From assembly GCA_963701375.1 (NCBI GenBank), contig CAVOZT010000003.1, forward strand, positions 293,640 to 357,639: 64,000 nucleotides of DNA, given 5' to 3'. Origin of the DNA: an uncultured Acidimicrobiales bacterium. Its GTDB lineage: Bacteria; Actinomycetota; Acidimicrobiia; Acidimicrobiales; CAVXTF01. Of this stretch, positions 38,008-48,129 are shown piece by piece. A program made the translations under genes and the position numbers. The number at the start of each line of letters is the position of its first letter. Within the stretch, counting starts at the first letter, position 1. Below the pieces are notes generated by a model, which saw only the letters and a program-made list of their open reading frames with translations, was not told the DNA's origin and made no database searches.

Positions 38008-38700
38008 ATGCACCTCGTCGTTGTGGGTTGCGGCCGAGTCGGGTCGGGCATGGCCATACGCGTCGCCGATCTCGGCCACAGCGTCGCGATCATCGACAAG
38101 AACGCGCGTGCGTTTCGGCGGTTGCCTCCTGACTGGCCTGGCATCAAAGTCATCGGGTCCGGCTTCGACCGTGATGCTCTCGACGCCGCGGGGGCACCGA
38201 AGGCGAGCGCCCTGGCGGCGGTCACCAGCGGAGACAATTCGAACATCCTGACCGCCCGGATCGCTCGCGAGAACTACGACGTACCAAGGGTGGTGGCCAG
38301 GATCTACGACCCGCGGCGGGCCGAGATCTACCAGCGTCTCGGAATCCCCACCGTCGCCACCGTCTCTTGGACCATCGACCGTGTGCTCCAACGGATGCTG
38401 CCCGAGGCGGTCGACGCCGAATGGAGGGACCAGACGGGGCGCCTCGTGCTCCTAGAAGAGCTGCTTCCCGACTCGTGGGCGGGGCAGCACGTGCGCGAGC
38501 TGGTCGACGACGCGAAAGGTCGGTTGGTAGCGGTCAGCAGAGCGGGAGAGCCCCGCTTAGACGTAGAGAGCCTGCTCGGACAGGAAGGAGACGTGCTTCA
38601 CATCGCGATAATGAAAGACGACGTCCCGGAACTCGGTCGCAAGTTCGGGCACTTGGGCCGCCTGAGCGGTGACGAGTCGGCGCAGGACTTCACCAAATGA
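38008..38700 (+). CDS. trkA: TrkA-family potassium uptake protein (NAD-binding)
   Basis: MHLVVVGCGRVGSGMAIRVADLGHSVAIIDKN, a Rossmann GxGxxG motif. Confidence 0.9.
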   Translation: MHLVVVGCGRVGSGMAIRVADLGHSVAIIDKNARAFRRLPPDWPGIKVIGSGFDRDALDAAGAPKASALAAVTSGDNSNILTARIARENYDVPRVVARIYDPRRAEIYQRLGIPTVATVSWTIDRVLQRMLPEAVDAEWRDQTGRLVLLEELLPDSWAGQHVRELVDDAKGRLVAVSRAGEPRLDVESLLGQEGDVLHIAIMKDDVPELGRKFGHLGRLSGDESAQDFTK

Positions 38701-39359
38701 AAGTTGCCATATGCGGCGCAGGCAATGTGGGAACTTCCATAGCGACAGACCTTGCTTCAGAGGGGCATGACGTCCTGCTGATCGACAAGGACGTCGATCT
38801 GGTGGACCGGCTGCGGCCAGAGCTCGGAGTGACCCTCGTGGCGGCCGACGGCTGTGAGGTGAGCTCGCTCGACTCTGCTGGGTTCGCGAGTGTCGACGTG
38901 GCAATCGCAGCCACTGGAGACGACGAGGACAACCTCGTCATTTCGTTGCTCTCGAAGCAGGAGTTCGCCGTCCCCCGCGTCATCGCCCGAGTGAACAACT
39001 CGAAGAACCAGTGGCTTTTCAACGAGTCCTGGGGAGTCGACGTCTCGGTGTGCATGCCGCTGATGATGACCGCCCTAGTCGAAGAGGCCGTCTCGGTGGG
39101 CTCACTCGTACGCCTGTTGCGCCTCGAACGCGGGCACGCATCTCTGGTCGAGGTCACTCTGGCGGATCGTTCACCTGCGGTCGGAGTGAGCCTTGCTCAA
39201 CTCGAGATACCACGAGATGCAACGGTCGTCGCCGTGGTCCGACGCGATCGTCTGGTCGTGCCCCGGGGCGACACAGTGCTCGAAGCGGGCGACGAGGTGC
39301 TCGCCCTCGTGACGGGCCAATCCGAGAGCGCTGTGCAATCGGTCCTGGTAGGCGACTGA
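38697..39359 (+). CDS. trkA: TrkA-family potassium uptake protein (second copy)
   Basis: MKVAICGAGNVGTSIATDLASEGHDVLLIDKD. ATGA overlap with the preceding trkA. Confidence 0.9.
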   Translation: MKVAICGAGNVGTSIATDLASEGHDVLLIDKDVDLVDRLRPELGVTLVAADGCEVSSLDSAGFASVDVAIAATGDDEDNLVISLLSKQEFAVPRVIARVNNSKNQWLFNESWGVDVSVCMPLMMTALVEEAVSVGSLVRLLRLERGHASLVEVTLADRSPAVGVSLAQLEIPRDATVVAVVRRDRLVVPRGDTVLEAGDEVLALVTGQSESAVQSVLVGD

Positions 39360-39406
39360 CGGCCCCGAGCACCGATCGGGGCCACGGTCGGCCTTAGAAT
39401 GCCGCC

Positions 39407-40201
39407 GTGGAGGCCGCATTCTTCGACCTCGACAAGACGGTCATCGCCAAGGCGTCGATCGCGGCGTTCGGCAGGACCTTCTATCGGGGGGGCTTGATTT
39501 CGAGGTCCACTGTTGTCAGGGCGCTCGCCTCGCAGTTCGTCTACCTGCACCTTGGCGCAAGCGAGCAGAAACTCGCACGCGTGCGCGAGTCGGTGCTGGA
39601 GCTGACAAAAGGCTGGGACCAGCAGGAGGTGTCGAGGCTCGTACGCGAGGCACTCGACGACATCGTCGAACCCATCATCTACGCCGAGGCGCTCGACCTG
39701 ATCGAACGACACCAAGCCGCCGGCAGACTCGTCTACCTGGTTTCAGCGTCTCCCGAGGAGATAGTCCGGCCTCTTGCCGGATACCTCGGAGCCCGCGGTT
39801 CGATCGCGAGCAAAGCGGTTGTGGACGCCGACGGCCGATATACGGGCGAGATGGGCTTCTACGCGTACGGGCCGTTCAAGGCCGACGCCATGCGCCAGGT
39901 GGCCGAACGCGAAGGGATCGACCTGAGCGCTTCGTACGCCTACACCGACTCTTATACCGATGCGCCGATGCTCGAGCTCGTGGGACACCCAGTCGCCGTG
40001 AACCCGGACAGGGTGCTGGCCCGGCTCGCTCGAGAGCGCGGATGGGAGGTGGCGGCATTTACCAGGCCGGTCCGAATGCGTGACCGCCTGCCGGTACCTT
40101 CCGGCACCGCCGCCGCCACGGGCGCTGCCGTTCTCGCCGTCGCCACCGGCGCTGCGGTAGTCGCTTGGCGATTCGGACAGCGGCCGCGATCAACCGGCTG
40201 A
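39407..40201 (+). CDS. HAD-IB family hydrolase
   Basis: Contains FFDLDKTV (motif I), LVSASPEEIV and YTDSYTDAPML. Has a hydrophobic C-terminal tail. Confidence 0.8.
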   Translation: MEAAFFDLDKTVIAKASIAAFGRTFYRGGLISRSTVVRALASQFVYLHLGASEQKLARVRESVLELTKGWDQQEVSRLVREALDDIVEPIIYAEALDLIERHQAAGRLVYLVSASPEEIVRPLAGYLGARGSIASKAVVDADGRYTGEMGFYAYGPFKADAMRQVAEREGIDLSASYAYTDSYTDAPMLELVGHPVAVNPDRVLARLARERGWEVAAFTRPVRMRDRLPVPSGTAAATGAAVLAVATGAAVVAWRFGQRPRSTG

Positions 40202-40292
40202 CAACGACGAACCGTCAGACTCGCCCGGCGCGCGTAGCAACCAGGGCGCTGTAACGGCCGCATCCCTGCCTGAAGGAAGGGAATTCGTTTTC

Positions 40293-40314
40293 AGGGCGCC
40301 TGTTGGAGCGCCCT
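40293..40314. terminator. GC-rich hairpin between convergent genes
   Basis: agggcgc-ctgttgga-gcgccct forms a 7-bp stem. There is no clear U-tract. Confidence 0.3.
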
Positions 40315-40321
40315 TCTGCAA

Positions 40322-40396
40322 TCAGGCTTCGCGGAGCCGCTTTGCGGCGACGAGCCCGAGGGCGACTAGGAGGGCGAGGACGATCAGTTTCTTCAC
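40322..40396 (-). CDS. candidate 24-aa single-TM peptide
   Basis: My own translation from a GTG gives (M)KKLIVLALLVALGLVAAKRLREA. AGGA lies 9 nt upstream. It sits just downstream of the sigma factor gene. Confidence 0.25.
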   Translation of the reverse strand: MKKLIVLALLVALGLVAAKRLREA

Positions 40397-40468
40397 GAGA
40401 ACGGATCCTATCTGGGCCTAGGCAAGCGCGCTTGGAACCGACTTGCGGGACCCGGTTCCTCAGATGCC

Positions 40469-41485
40469 TCAGACCGTCAAAAGATCCCGTGCGCCGGTGT
40501 CCGAGGAGGGATGGCGGAGTTTGGACATTGCCCTCGCCTCGATCTGACGGATTCGCTCGCGCGTCAGATTGAAGTGCTCACCCACCTCTTCGAGCGTGCG
40601 GGGCTCTCCCCGGTCGAGCCCGAAGCGAAGGCGCAGGATCTCGCGCTCGCGCTCGTCGAGCGGCGAGAGCAGTCTGCTTATCTCATCGGGGAGCAGAGAA
40701 GTGGCAGCCACCTCGAAGGGGGACTCTGCCGATCGGTCCTCGACCACGTCGCCGAGCTCGGCATCACCGTCCTCGCGAAGTGGCTCAGACAGAGACAGTG
40801 GCTCTGCGCGGAACCTGAGGGCCTCTATCAACTTGTCCTCGGGCATCTCGACTTCGGCACCCAACTCTGCAAGGGTGGCAGGCCGCCCGAGCTTGAGCTC
40901 GAGCCGCGCCTGTGCTTTCTGCACTCTCGCAAGAGTGTCGCCCGCATGTACGGGGAGCCGGATCGTGCGGCCGGTGTTGGCTATTCCTCGCGTGATCGCC
41001 TGCCGGATCCACCAAGTGGCATACGTCGAGAACTTGAACCCTTTGCGCCAGTCGAACTTCTCGACTGCGTGCATCAGGCCGAGGTTTCCTTCCTGGATGA
41101 GATCGAGGAGGGGAAGACCAGAGGCTTGATATTTCTTGGCGATAGACACGACCAGTCGCAAGTTGGACTGCACGAATGTCTGCTGCGCCCGCTCACCGGC
41201 GAGCAGCTTTCGCTTCAACTCGCGACGCCGAGCAGGGGTCAGGTCCCGCGGTTTTGCGCCCAGCGCCGACTCGGCCTCGCGGCCGGTCTCGATCGCTTGA
41301 GCCAAGCGGACCTCATCGTCCTTGGTCAGCAACGGGTATTGCCCGATGTCTGTCAGGTAGAGCCGTACGAGGTCTTCCTCGTCGCGCTCGACGCGCTCCT
41401 TCGCCAACGTCACTCCTTGGAAGAATTCGGCACGGCATTGCCGCCCGGTAGCCTTGCCGTCCGGCTTGTGCCTGCCGACGCGCAT
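40469..41485 (-). CDS. RpoD-family (group 1/2) sigma-70 factor
   Basis: Contains DLVRLYLTDIGQYPLLTKDDE, LLDLIQEGNLGLMHAVEKFDWRKGFKFSTYATWWIRQAITRGI and TLEEVGEHFNLTRERIRQIEARAMSKLR. The short N-terminus suggests it is SigB-like. Confidence 0.93.
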   Translation of the reverse strand: MRVGRHKPDGKATGRQCRAEFFQGVTLAKERVERDEEDLVRLYLTDIGQYPLLTKDDEVRLAQAIETGREAESALGAKPRDLTPARRRELKRKLLAGERAQQTFVQSNLRLVVSIAKKYQASGLPLLDLIQEGNLGLMHAVEKFDWRKGFKFSTYATWWIRQAITRGIANTGRTIRLPVHAGDTLARVQKAQARLELKLGRPATLAELGAEVEMPEDKLIEALRFRAEPLSLSEPLREDGDAELGDVVEDRSAESPFEVAATSLLPDEISRLLSPLDEREREILRLRFGLDRGEPRTLEEVGEHFNLTRERIRQIEARAMSKLRHPSSDTGARDLLTV

Positions 41486-41614
41486 CTCACAGCCGCGAAC
41501 CGCCTCCCTGGCCCGCCGACCTGCTACGTAAGTTTAACGGGGGCGTCAAGCCCTGAATCGCGGTCGCCGGCGCCGCCGAGGCTCGGATTGGTGCCGATCG
41601 AGGATTCGATTGCC

Positions 41615-42247
41615 TCACCGGTCCGTCCGGGGCCAAGGGACGAGCCCCGGGCCGCTCCCTACGACGAGGGCTTCGAGGCGCTGCTGGTGGGCTGTCACGA
41701 CTGCGACGTCATGGGGTCGTCTGATCAGGCTCTGGACCATGAGCTCGACGGCCTGCCAATCCTCGATGTCGTCTCTCAATGCCAAACTCAGCGCACGAAT
41801 CACAGGACCGTCACTTACTTCTAGTGCTTTGCCGAGGTGATGGGAGTAACCGCACACGAGCCGTGGCAAGACCACTCTCGCCAAGCCCACGAGTCTCACG
41901 AGCGTTCCTCCGCCACCTTCAACCCCGCCCAGCGTCGCCAACAGCTCCTCTGTGCCCTCGTCGGGCGCAACGGTCATTAGGTCCGGCTCGACGATGCCCT
42001 CGACCTCGGGGATCCGCTCTCCCCATAGCTGCGCGTGCCATTCGTGATGCCGGCTCTGGAGGTCGAACAGCACGCGGGCCTCAGGCTCGGTCTCGTTGGT
42101 GACCCAACCGCCTAGAACTTCGAACAGGCGGAGCTCCACCCACCTGTAGCAACCGAGCAAGCGCGCGGACTCGACAAGGGTGAGCGCAAGAGTTGGGACG
42201 CCGGCCAACGTTTCGTGGTCGAACGCTTGGTCGAGAGCGTCGTTCAC
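41615..42247 (-). CDS. hypothetical protein, translationally coupled to nadE
   Basis: 210 aa with no motif I recognise. Its GTG start overlaps the nadE stop (GTGA). Confidence 0.5.
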   Translation of the reverse strand: MNDALDQAFDHETLAGVPTLALTLVESARLLGCYRWVELRLFEVLGGWVTNETEPEARVLFDLQSRHHEWHAQLWGERIPEVEGIVEPDLMTVAPDEGTEELLATLGGVEGGGGTLVRLVGLARVVLPRLVCGYSHHLGKALEVSDGPVIRALSLALRDDIEDWQAVELMVQSLIRRPHDVAVVTAHQQRLEALVVGSGPGLVPWPRTDR

Positions 42248-44067
42248 GTCGTCGCCTTCGCGCCAGCGCCGTCCTCGGTGCGACCTTCCGAGTAAAGACT
42301 GCTGTCGCGGAAACGGTTCGTGATCGGCATGCGCCGATCCTTGCCGAATGCCCGCTCGGTTATACGAACCCCGGGAGGCGACTGTCGCCTCTTGTACTCC
42401 GCCAAGTCGACCAGTCGGGCGACGCGCTTCACAAGATCCGGATCCGCTCCTGCGGCAACGAGGTCGGCGATGGACTCATCCTGCTCGACGAGGGCGGCGA
42501 GCAGCGGATCGAGCACGTCATATGCGGGCAGCGAATCGTCGTCGCGTTGGTCGGGCCGGAGTTCTGCAGAAGGCGGTTTGTCCAACACCGAGACCGGAAT
42601 GAGGTCCCGCCCCGCCCGGCGGTTGCGATACCGGCAGAGTCTGTATACGAGAGTCTTCGGTACGTCGCGGATCACCGCGAACCCACCTGCAGAGTCTCCA
42701 TACAAAGTCGAGTATCCGACAGCGAGCTCGCTCTTGTTTCCAGTCGTGAGCACGATCCAGCCGGGTCGTGCGTTCGACATCGCCATCAAGACAACGCCGC
42801 GGATTCGTGACTGGAGGTTCTCGTCAGTGAGGCCGCTCGGCACCCCGCCCAACACCGGGGTAAGCAGTGCGGCGAAAGCCTGATGAGCCGTTTCGATCGA
42901 GGCAACCTGCAGTTCTATGCCGAGGTTCGCCGCGAGCTCTGCTGCGTCGGTGACAGAGCCCGCGCTCGAGTAGCGCGAGGGCAGTGCGATGCCGTGCACG
43001 TTCGCGGCTCCGAGCGCGTCGGTGGCAATGGTTGCCACGAGCGAGGAGTCGACTCCCCCGGACATGGCGATGACCGCGTCCGTGAACCCGTTCTTCTTGA
43101 GGTAATCACGGGTTCCGACGGTTAGCGCCTCGTAGATCTCCGCCTCCTCGTCGAGGGGATCGAGACGCACCGGCGGGCGGCGGTAGACCGGATCGCGAGG
43201 AGACGAGCTCAGTCTGACCACTTCGACCGCGTCCTTATGCTCAACTTGCGGCTCGTCGGGCAACTCGATGTCAGCGATCAGGACTTCTTCTCGAAATTGC
43301 ACCGCCTCGGCGATGATCTTCCCTTGGCGGTCGACCAGGACCGAGCCTCCGTCGAACACAAGCTCGTCCTGACCACCTACCTGGTTCACGTACCCGATCG
43401 CACAACCTGCTTCAGCTACACGCTCCTCGAGCACCGCGAGCCGGTCGAACCTGCGACCGATCGAGTAAGGAGAGGCGTTCAAATTGACGACGAGTTGCGC
43501 TTCTTCGGCGCCGAGCTCGGCGACGGGTCCACAACGAAACCAAAGGTCCTCGCATATAGACACACCGACTCTCACACCTGCGACCTCGAAAGCGAGAGGG
43601 TCACCGGATCCCGGCGCAAACCAGCGCTCCTCGTCGAACACGCCATAGTTGGGAAGGCGCCTCTTGTAGTACAAGCTCGCCACACGGCCCGATACGCATA
43701 CGGCGGCGGCGTTTCTGAGTCGACGAGGATCACCGCGCAACGCCTCGTCGCGACTCGCCCTTCCGGTCCCGGCTGCGGCTGCCCCCTCCCGGTCCGCTCC
43801 TGCGATGTCCACGAAGCCGACCACCGCCACGCAGTCGGCGGTGCCTTGCGCCACCCGCTCGAGCCCCTCGAGGTTCGCCGCGACGAATGCCGGCTTCAGT
43901 AATAGGTCCTCCGGTGGGTAACCCGTGAGAGCCAGTTCGGGAAACGCGGCCAGATCACACCCGGCCTCGTCCGCCACCCGTAGAGCCGCCAGCACACGCT
44001 CCACGTTTCCGTCGACGTCGCCGACCACGGTATCGAGCTGACACAGCGCGACCCTGACGCGCCCCAT
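42244..44067 (-). CDS. nadE: glutamine-dependent NAD+ synthetase
   Basis: Start chosen at MGRVRVALCQLDTVVGD. CN-hydrolase domain (VSICEDLW) plus synthetase PP-loop (AMSGGVDSSLVA). Confidence 0.93.
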   Translation of the reverse strand: MGRVRVALCQLDTVVGDVDGNVERVLAALRVADEAGCDLAAFPELALTGYPPEDLLLKPAFVAANLEGLERVAQGTADCVAVVGFVDIAGADREGAAAAGTGRASRDEALRGDPRRLRNAAAVCVSGRVASLYYKRRLPNYGVFDEERWFAPGSGDPLAFEVAGVRVGVSICEDLWFRCGPVAELGAEEAQLVVNLNASPYSIGRRFDRLAVLEERVAEAGCAIGYVNQVGGQDELVFDGGSVLVDRQGKIIAEAVQFREEVLIADIELPDEPQVEHKDAVEVVRLSSSPRDPVYRRPPVRLDPLDEEAEIYEALTVGTRDYLKKNGFTDAVIAMSGGVDSSLVATIATDALGAANVHGIALPSRYSSAGSVTDAAELAANLGIELQVASIETAHQAFAALLTPVLGGVPSGLTDENLQSRIRGVVLMAMSNARPGWIVLTTGNKSELAVGYSTLYGDSAGGFAVIRDVPKTLVYRLCRYRNRRAGRDLIPVSVLDKPPSAELRPDQRDDDSLPAYDVLDPLLAALVEQDESIADLVAAGADPDLVKRVARLVDLAEYKRRQSPPGVRITERAFGKDRRMPITNRFRDSSLYSEGRTEDGAGAKATT

Positions 44068-44148
44068 CCAAACGAGCCTAATGGGGGTCGACCACTTCAC
44101 TTCTTGCCAACGGCCACGACGCTGCCGGCTTGAGACCCCTGGCCTGGC

Positions 44149-47022
44149 ATGCTGCATCAGGTGCCCAACTCCGTCGCCGACTCACTGCTCGCGCTCGCAG
44201 CGCGCAGTGCCGCGCCCGAAAGGGTCGTGTTGGCCTTCTCGCGTCTGGGAGACGAGTTGCCGGACCAGCTCGACTCGATGCTCGACAGCGGTGAGCCGAA
44301 CGATCACGCACGGGCCTTCGTGGCCGTCGTGGCAGCGAGCGATTCGCTCGGCCGTCTTTGCATCACCGAGAGCCGGGCACACGAGGTCCTCCGTGACCTC
44401 GACCAAAAGGTCAGCCTGAATTGGGTGGACGAACAGTCGCTCGCTCTCGTCCACCGACTCGACGTCCTCCGGATCGCGGCCCGCGACCTGCTCGGGCGGG
44501 ACTCGTTCGACGAGGTGACCCGAGCTCTTTCCGAATCCGCCTCCCGGGTTCTCGACGCATCGATCGAGCTTGCGGGAAAGGGCGACGGCGAATTGGCCGT
44601 GATCGGGATGGGAAAGCTCGGGGGCGGAGAGCTCAATTATGCGAGCGACGTCGATTTCATGTTCGTCACGGCCCCGTCGGCCGACGACGACAGGGCAAAG
44701 CGTGTCGTTTCGGCCGCCAGGTACTCGTTTCGGGTGGACACCGACCTGAGGCCCGAGGGCAGGTCGGGCCCGCTCACGAGGACGTTGGACGGGTACCGCG
44801 CCTATTGGAGTCGCTGGGCGCAGACGTGGGAGTTCCAGGCTCTGATAAAGGCGCGCCCCGTAGCGGGGCACCCCGACCTCGGGGCGCAGTTCTTCGACGC
44901 CGCCCAAACCTTGGTGTGGGACCGCTCCTACAGCGCGGATGAACTCGCCTTGATCCGGCGGCTCAAAGCGCGCTCGGAAGCCTTGGTCGCAAGCCGCGGG
45001 ATATCCGATCGCGAGCTGAAAAGGGGACCGGGCGGAATACGCGACGTCGAATTCGCCGTGCAGCTCCTTCAGCTCGTCCACGGTCGGCGCGATCCCTCTA
45101 TCCGCGCTCAGTCGACGCTCGTGGCCCTTTCCGAGCTCTCTGCTTCGGGATATGTGGACGTCGAGCAATCGTCTTCGCTTGCCAAGGCCTATCGGTTTCT
45201 GCGCACCGTGGAGCACAGGCTGCAACTGGTCGAGGAGCAACAGACGCATACGGTGCCCACCGAGCCCCGCACCAAGGAACGCCTGGCGCGTGTGCTCGGG
45301 TTCGAGGACGCACCGGGGGCGACGGCCACGGCACAGTTCGAAGAAGCCTTGCGGACGTGCAGGAACGACGTTCGGTCCTTGCACGAAAGGCTTTTCTTCC
45401 GACCCCTCCTCGAGGCGTTCGCCGCCCAACCGGCCGGCGACAAGCAGGCAGAGATAGGGGACCGCTCGGGTCGTGTGTCGGTGGGACAGAGCGGGATGTC
45501 GCCCGATCAGATCGCTGACCGGCTGCGGGCATTCGGCTTCGGCGACGCCGAACGGACCAAGGCGGCGGTTGACGAGCTCGCGCAAGGCCTCACCCGCAGC
45601 TCGCGCCTCATGGGGCAGATGTTTCCTCTTCTGCTCGACTGGTTGTCCCTCACGCCTGACCCGGACCTTGGCCTGTTGGGACTGCGAAACCTCGCTCTTC
45701 ATCCCCACCACCGTTCGCGGCTCGTCACCACATTCCGCGAGTCACCGGAGGCAGCGAGACGCCTCTGCCTGCTTCTTGGATCGAGCCGGACTCTGGGTGA
45801 AGCCGTGGCCCACAACCCCGAGTTGATGTCGCGTCTCGGCGACGACGACGCGCTCGCGTTGAGCGACCGCAGCGAACTACAGGCCGAACTATTGGATCGA
45901 ATGCGCATCGGCAGCGATCCAAACGGACGGCGAGGTCGGCTGTTGCGCTTCCACGAGGAACAATTCGTCCGCATAGCCGCACGCGATCTGCTCGACACTG
46001 ACGACGTCTCGACGACTGCGAGCGCACTCAGCACGCTGGCGGAGGTGATCCTCGAGGTTGCGATCACGCAGGTCGAGCCGGCAGTCCCGTTCTGCATAAT
46101 CGGACTCGGCCGCTTTGGTGGGGGTGAGCTCTCTTACCAGAGCGATCTCGACGTGATCTTCGTTCATGCACCTTCGGAAAACAGCAAGTCGACCGAACCG
46201 AAAGGTCCACGCGCCGACGACTTCGTTCAATCGAGAGCGGCGCATCCAACGGCTACGGCAGGCCCGGGCGAGCTGGCCGCAGAGAGGCTGTTGCGGCTCA
46301 TCCACGGATCTAGTCCGGCCGAACGGATCTTCAACGTCGACCTGGGGTTGCGCCCGGAAGGCGGTCAAGGGCGTCTTTCGCGCGACAACGACGGGTTCTC
46401 GGTCTATTTCGAGCGCTGGGCGCAGACCTGGGAACGCCAGGCGCTCTTGAGGGCACGGATCGTCGCCGGGGACCGATCGATCGGCGAGCAGTTTTTGGAA
46501 CTGGCCCATCGCTTCGTCTGGGAACCTCCGATCGGCGAGGACGAGGTAGCAGAGATCCGGAGGATGAAAGCGCGCATCGAGCGGGAGCGGATTCCCGCCG
46601 GCGAGGACCCGCAATTCCACCTGAAGCTCGGCAAGGGCTCGCTTTCCGACGTCGAGTGGACTGTGCAGATGCTCCAGCTGTGCAACGGCGTCGAGGGAGC
46701 CGGGACGATTGGTACGCTCGCCGAGCTCGAACGCGCGGGCAAGATAACGAGTGCCGATGCAGCGGCTCTAAGGGATTCCTACCGGTTCTGCGAGCACACC
46801 CGGAACAGGTGGCACCTCGTCGGCGCGCTGCCAGGAGGCGCTTCCCCGGGTGACTCCCTGCCCGCGCAGGCTCATCAGATGTCAAGGCTCGCTCGGAGCC
46901 TCGGCACGACTCCGGCGACTCTCCGACAGGACTACAGGCGGGTCACGCGGAGGGCTCGCAGCGTGATGGAGCGACTGTTCTACGGCATACAGGGGCCGGG
47001 AAACGTCAGGATGGATGGGTAG
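44149..47022 (+). CDS. glnE: bifunctional glutamine synthetase adenylyltransferase/adenylyl-removing enzyme
   Basis: 957 aa. Two nucleotidyltransferase modules: GKLGGGELNYASDVDFMFV and GRFGGGELSYQSDLDVIFV. Confidence 0.95.
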   Translation: MLHQVPNSVADSLLALAARSAAPERVVLAFSRLGDELPDQLDSMLDSGEPNDHARAFVAVVAASDSLGRLCITESRAHEVLRDLDQKVSLNWVDEQSLALVHRLDVLRIAARDLLGRDSFDEVTRALSESASRVLDASIELAGKGDGELAVIGMGKLGGGELNYASDVDFMFVTAPSADDDRAKRVVSAARYSFRVDTDLRPEGRSGPLTRTLDGYRAYWSRWAQTWEFQALIKARPVAGHPDLGAQFFDAAQTLVWDRSYSADELALIRRLKARSEALVASRGISDRELKRGPGGIRDVEFAVQLLQLVHGRRDPSIRAQSTLVALSELSASGYVDVEQSSSLAKAYRFLRTVEHRLQLVEEQQTHTVPTEPRTKERLARVLGFEDAPGATATAQFEEALRTCRNDVRSLHERLFFRPLLEAFAAQPAGDKQAEIGDRSGRVSVGQSGMSPDQIADRLRAFGFGDAERTKAAVDELAQGLTRSSRLMGQMFPLLLDWLSLTPDPDLGLLGLRNLALHPHHRSRLVTTFRESPEAARRLCLLLGSSRTLGEAVAHNPELMSRLGDDDALALSDRSELQAELLDRMRIGSDPNGRRGRLLRFHEEQFVRIAARDLLDTDDVSTTASALSTLAEVILEVAITQVEPAVPFCIIGLGRFGGGELSYQSDLDVIFVHAPSENSKSTEPKGPRADDFVQSRAAHPTATAGPGELAAERLLRLIHGSSPAERIFNVDLGLRPEGGQGRLSRDNDGFSVYFERWAQTWERQALLRARIVAGDRSIGEQFLELAHRFVWEPPIGEDEVAEIRRMKARIERERIPAGEDPQFHLKLGKGSLSDVEWTVQMLQLCNGVEGAGTIGTLAELERAGKITSADAAALRDSYRFCEHTRNRWHLVGALPGGASPGDSLPAQAHQMSRLARSLGTTPATLRQDYRRVTRRARSVMERLFYGIQGPGNVRMDG

Positions 47023-47031
47023 AGTTCGCGC

Positions 47032-48129
47032 ATGGCAACAGATTCAATCCGAAGCCCGTTCTACGAGATCGCAGCTTCTCTCGGCGCTACTTTCATGGAG
47101 GAAGCAGGATGGTATTGGACCGAGGGTTTCGGGGATGAGGACGCCGAGTATCGAGGTGTGCGCGACGACCTCGGCGTATGGGACGTCTCACCTCTCAACA
47201 AATGGGAGTTCCGAGGTTCCGACTCGCTGGCGGCGGCGCAGAAGATTCACACCGCGAACGTCCTAGGGCTAGGTGTAGGTCAAGTCCGTTACGGCGCGTT
47301 GTGTGATCCCGAAGGCCTGATGATCGACGACGGCACAGTGTTCCGCCTCGCCGACCGCGTCTGGGTCATGACCAACGGCTCGGACCACGCCAGCCACTTC
47401 GCCGATGCGACCAGAGGACTCGACGTCAACGTCGAGGCCGTCACTTTGACGATGCCACACCTCGGACTGCAAGGCCCGCGAGCACGCGAAGCACTCGGTC
47501 CAGTGTGTGAAGCGGACATCTCCGGCCTTGGGTATTTCCGATTCTTCCCTGAGCCGACGAAGGTCGGGGGCGTGCCGTGCTACGTGTCGCGCACGGGTTT
47601 CGGCGGAGAGCTCGGTTACGAACTGTTTTGCCGGCCCGAACATGCTGCCGACCTGTGGGACGTCGCAGTGTCGCTGATGAACGCTCGACCCTTCGGGGTA
47701 GGCGTCCTCGAGAGCCTGAGGGTCGAGGCGGGGCTCGTGGTCCTCGACTACGACTATTCCGCTCACGAGCGCACCCCTTACGATCTGTCGTTCGACCGCT
47801 TCGTGGCTCTCGGTAGCGTGGAATTCGTCGGCTGCGAGGCGCTCGAGTCCATCGCCCCCAACCCGCCACGCCGTCTCAAGACGCTCAGGCTCGAGGGCAA
47901 CGAGTTGCCCGACTACGGAGTAGAGGTGACACGCGGCGGCGAGCCGGTCGGCACTCTGACGAGCCCCGCTCTGAGCCCACGCTTCGGTCAGATCGCTCTC
48001 GCAATTCTCGAAACCGGCGTGTCGGCCGACGGAGAGAAAGTCGAGGTAACCGTGGGAGACAGAACCGTGCCCGCGGTCGTTGCTCCTCTTGCGATCTACG
48101 ACCCGGAAAAGAAGCGCCCGCGCGCCTAG
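47032..48129 (+). CDS. aminomethyltransferase (GcvT) family protein
   Basis: 365 aa. Contains GVWDVSPLNKWEFRG, SRTGFGGELGYELF and EAGLVVLDYD. Confidence 0.85.
   Translation: MATDSIRSPFYEIAASLGATFMEEAGWYWTEGFGDEDAEYRGVRDDLGVWDVSPLNKWEFRGSDSLAAAQKIHTANVLGLGVGQVRYGALCDPEGLMIDDGTVFRLADRVWVMTNGSDHASHFADATRGLDVNVEAVTLTMPHLGLQGPRAREALGPVCEADISGLGYFRFFPEPTKVGGVPCYVSRTGFGGELGYELFCRPEHAADLWDVAVSLMNARPFGVGVLESLRVEAGLVVLDYDYSAHERTPYDLSFDRFVALGSVEFVGCEALESIAPNPPRRLKTLRLEGNELPDYGVEVTRGGEPVGTLTSPALSPRFGQIALAILETGVSADGEKVEVTVGDRTVPAVVAPLAIYDPEKKRPRA

Noticed and set aside
40511-41824. A 437-aa plus-strand ORF.
   Set aside because: It is antisense to the RpoD-family sigma gene and the adjacent intergenic region. 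It has low-complexity Arg/Leu/Pro-rich composition and no recognisable domain.
44182-45711. A 509-aa minus-strand ORF, one of the longest in the track.
   Set aside because: It lies entirely antisense to glnE. Its translation is Arg/Pro/Gly-rich with no motifs. This is a typical shadow ORF of a high-GC gene, and glnE on the plus strand has clear duplicated nucleotidyltransferase motifs.
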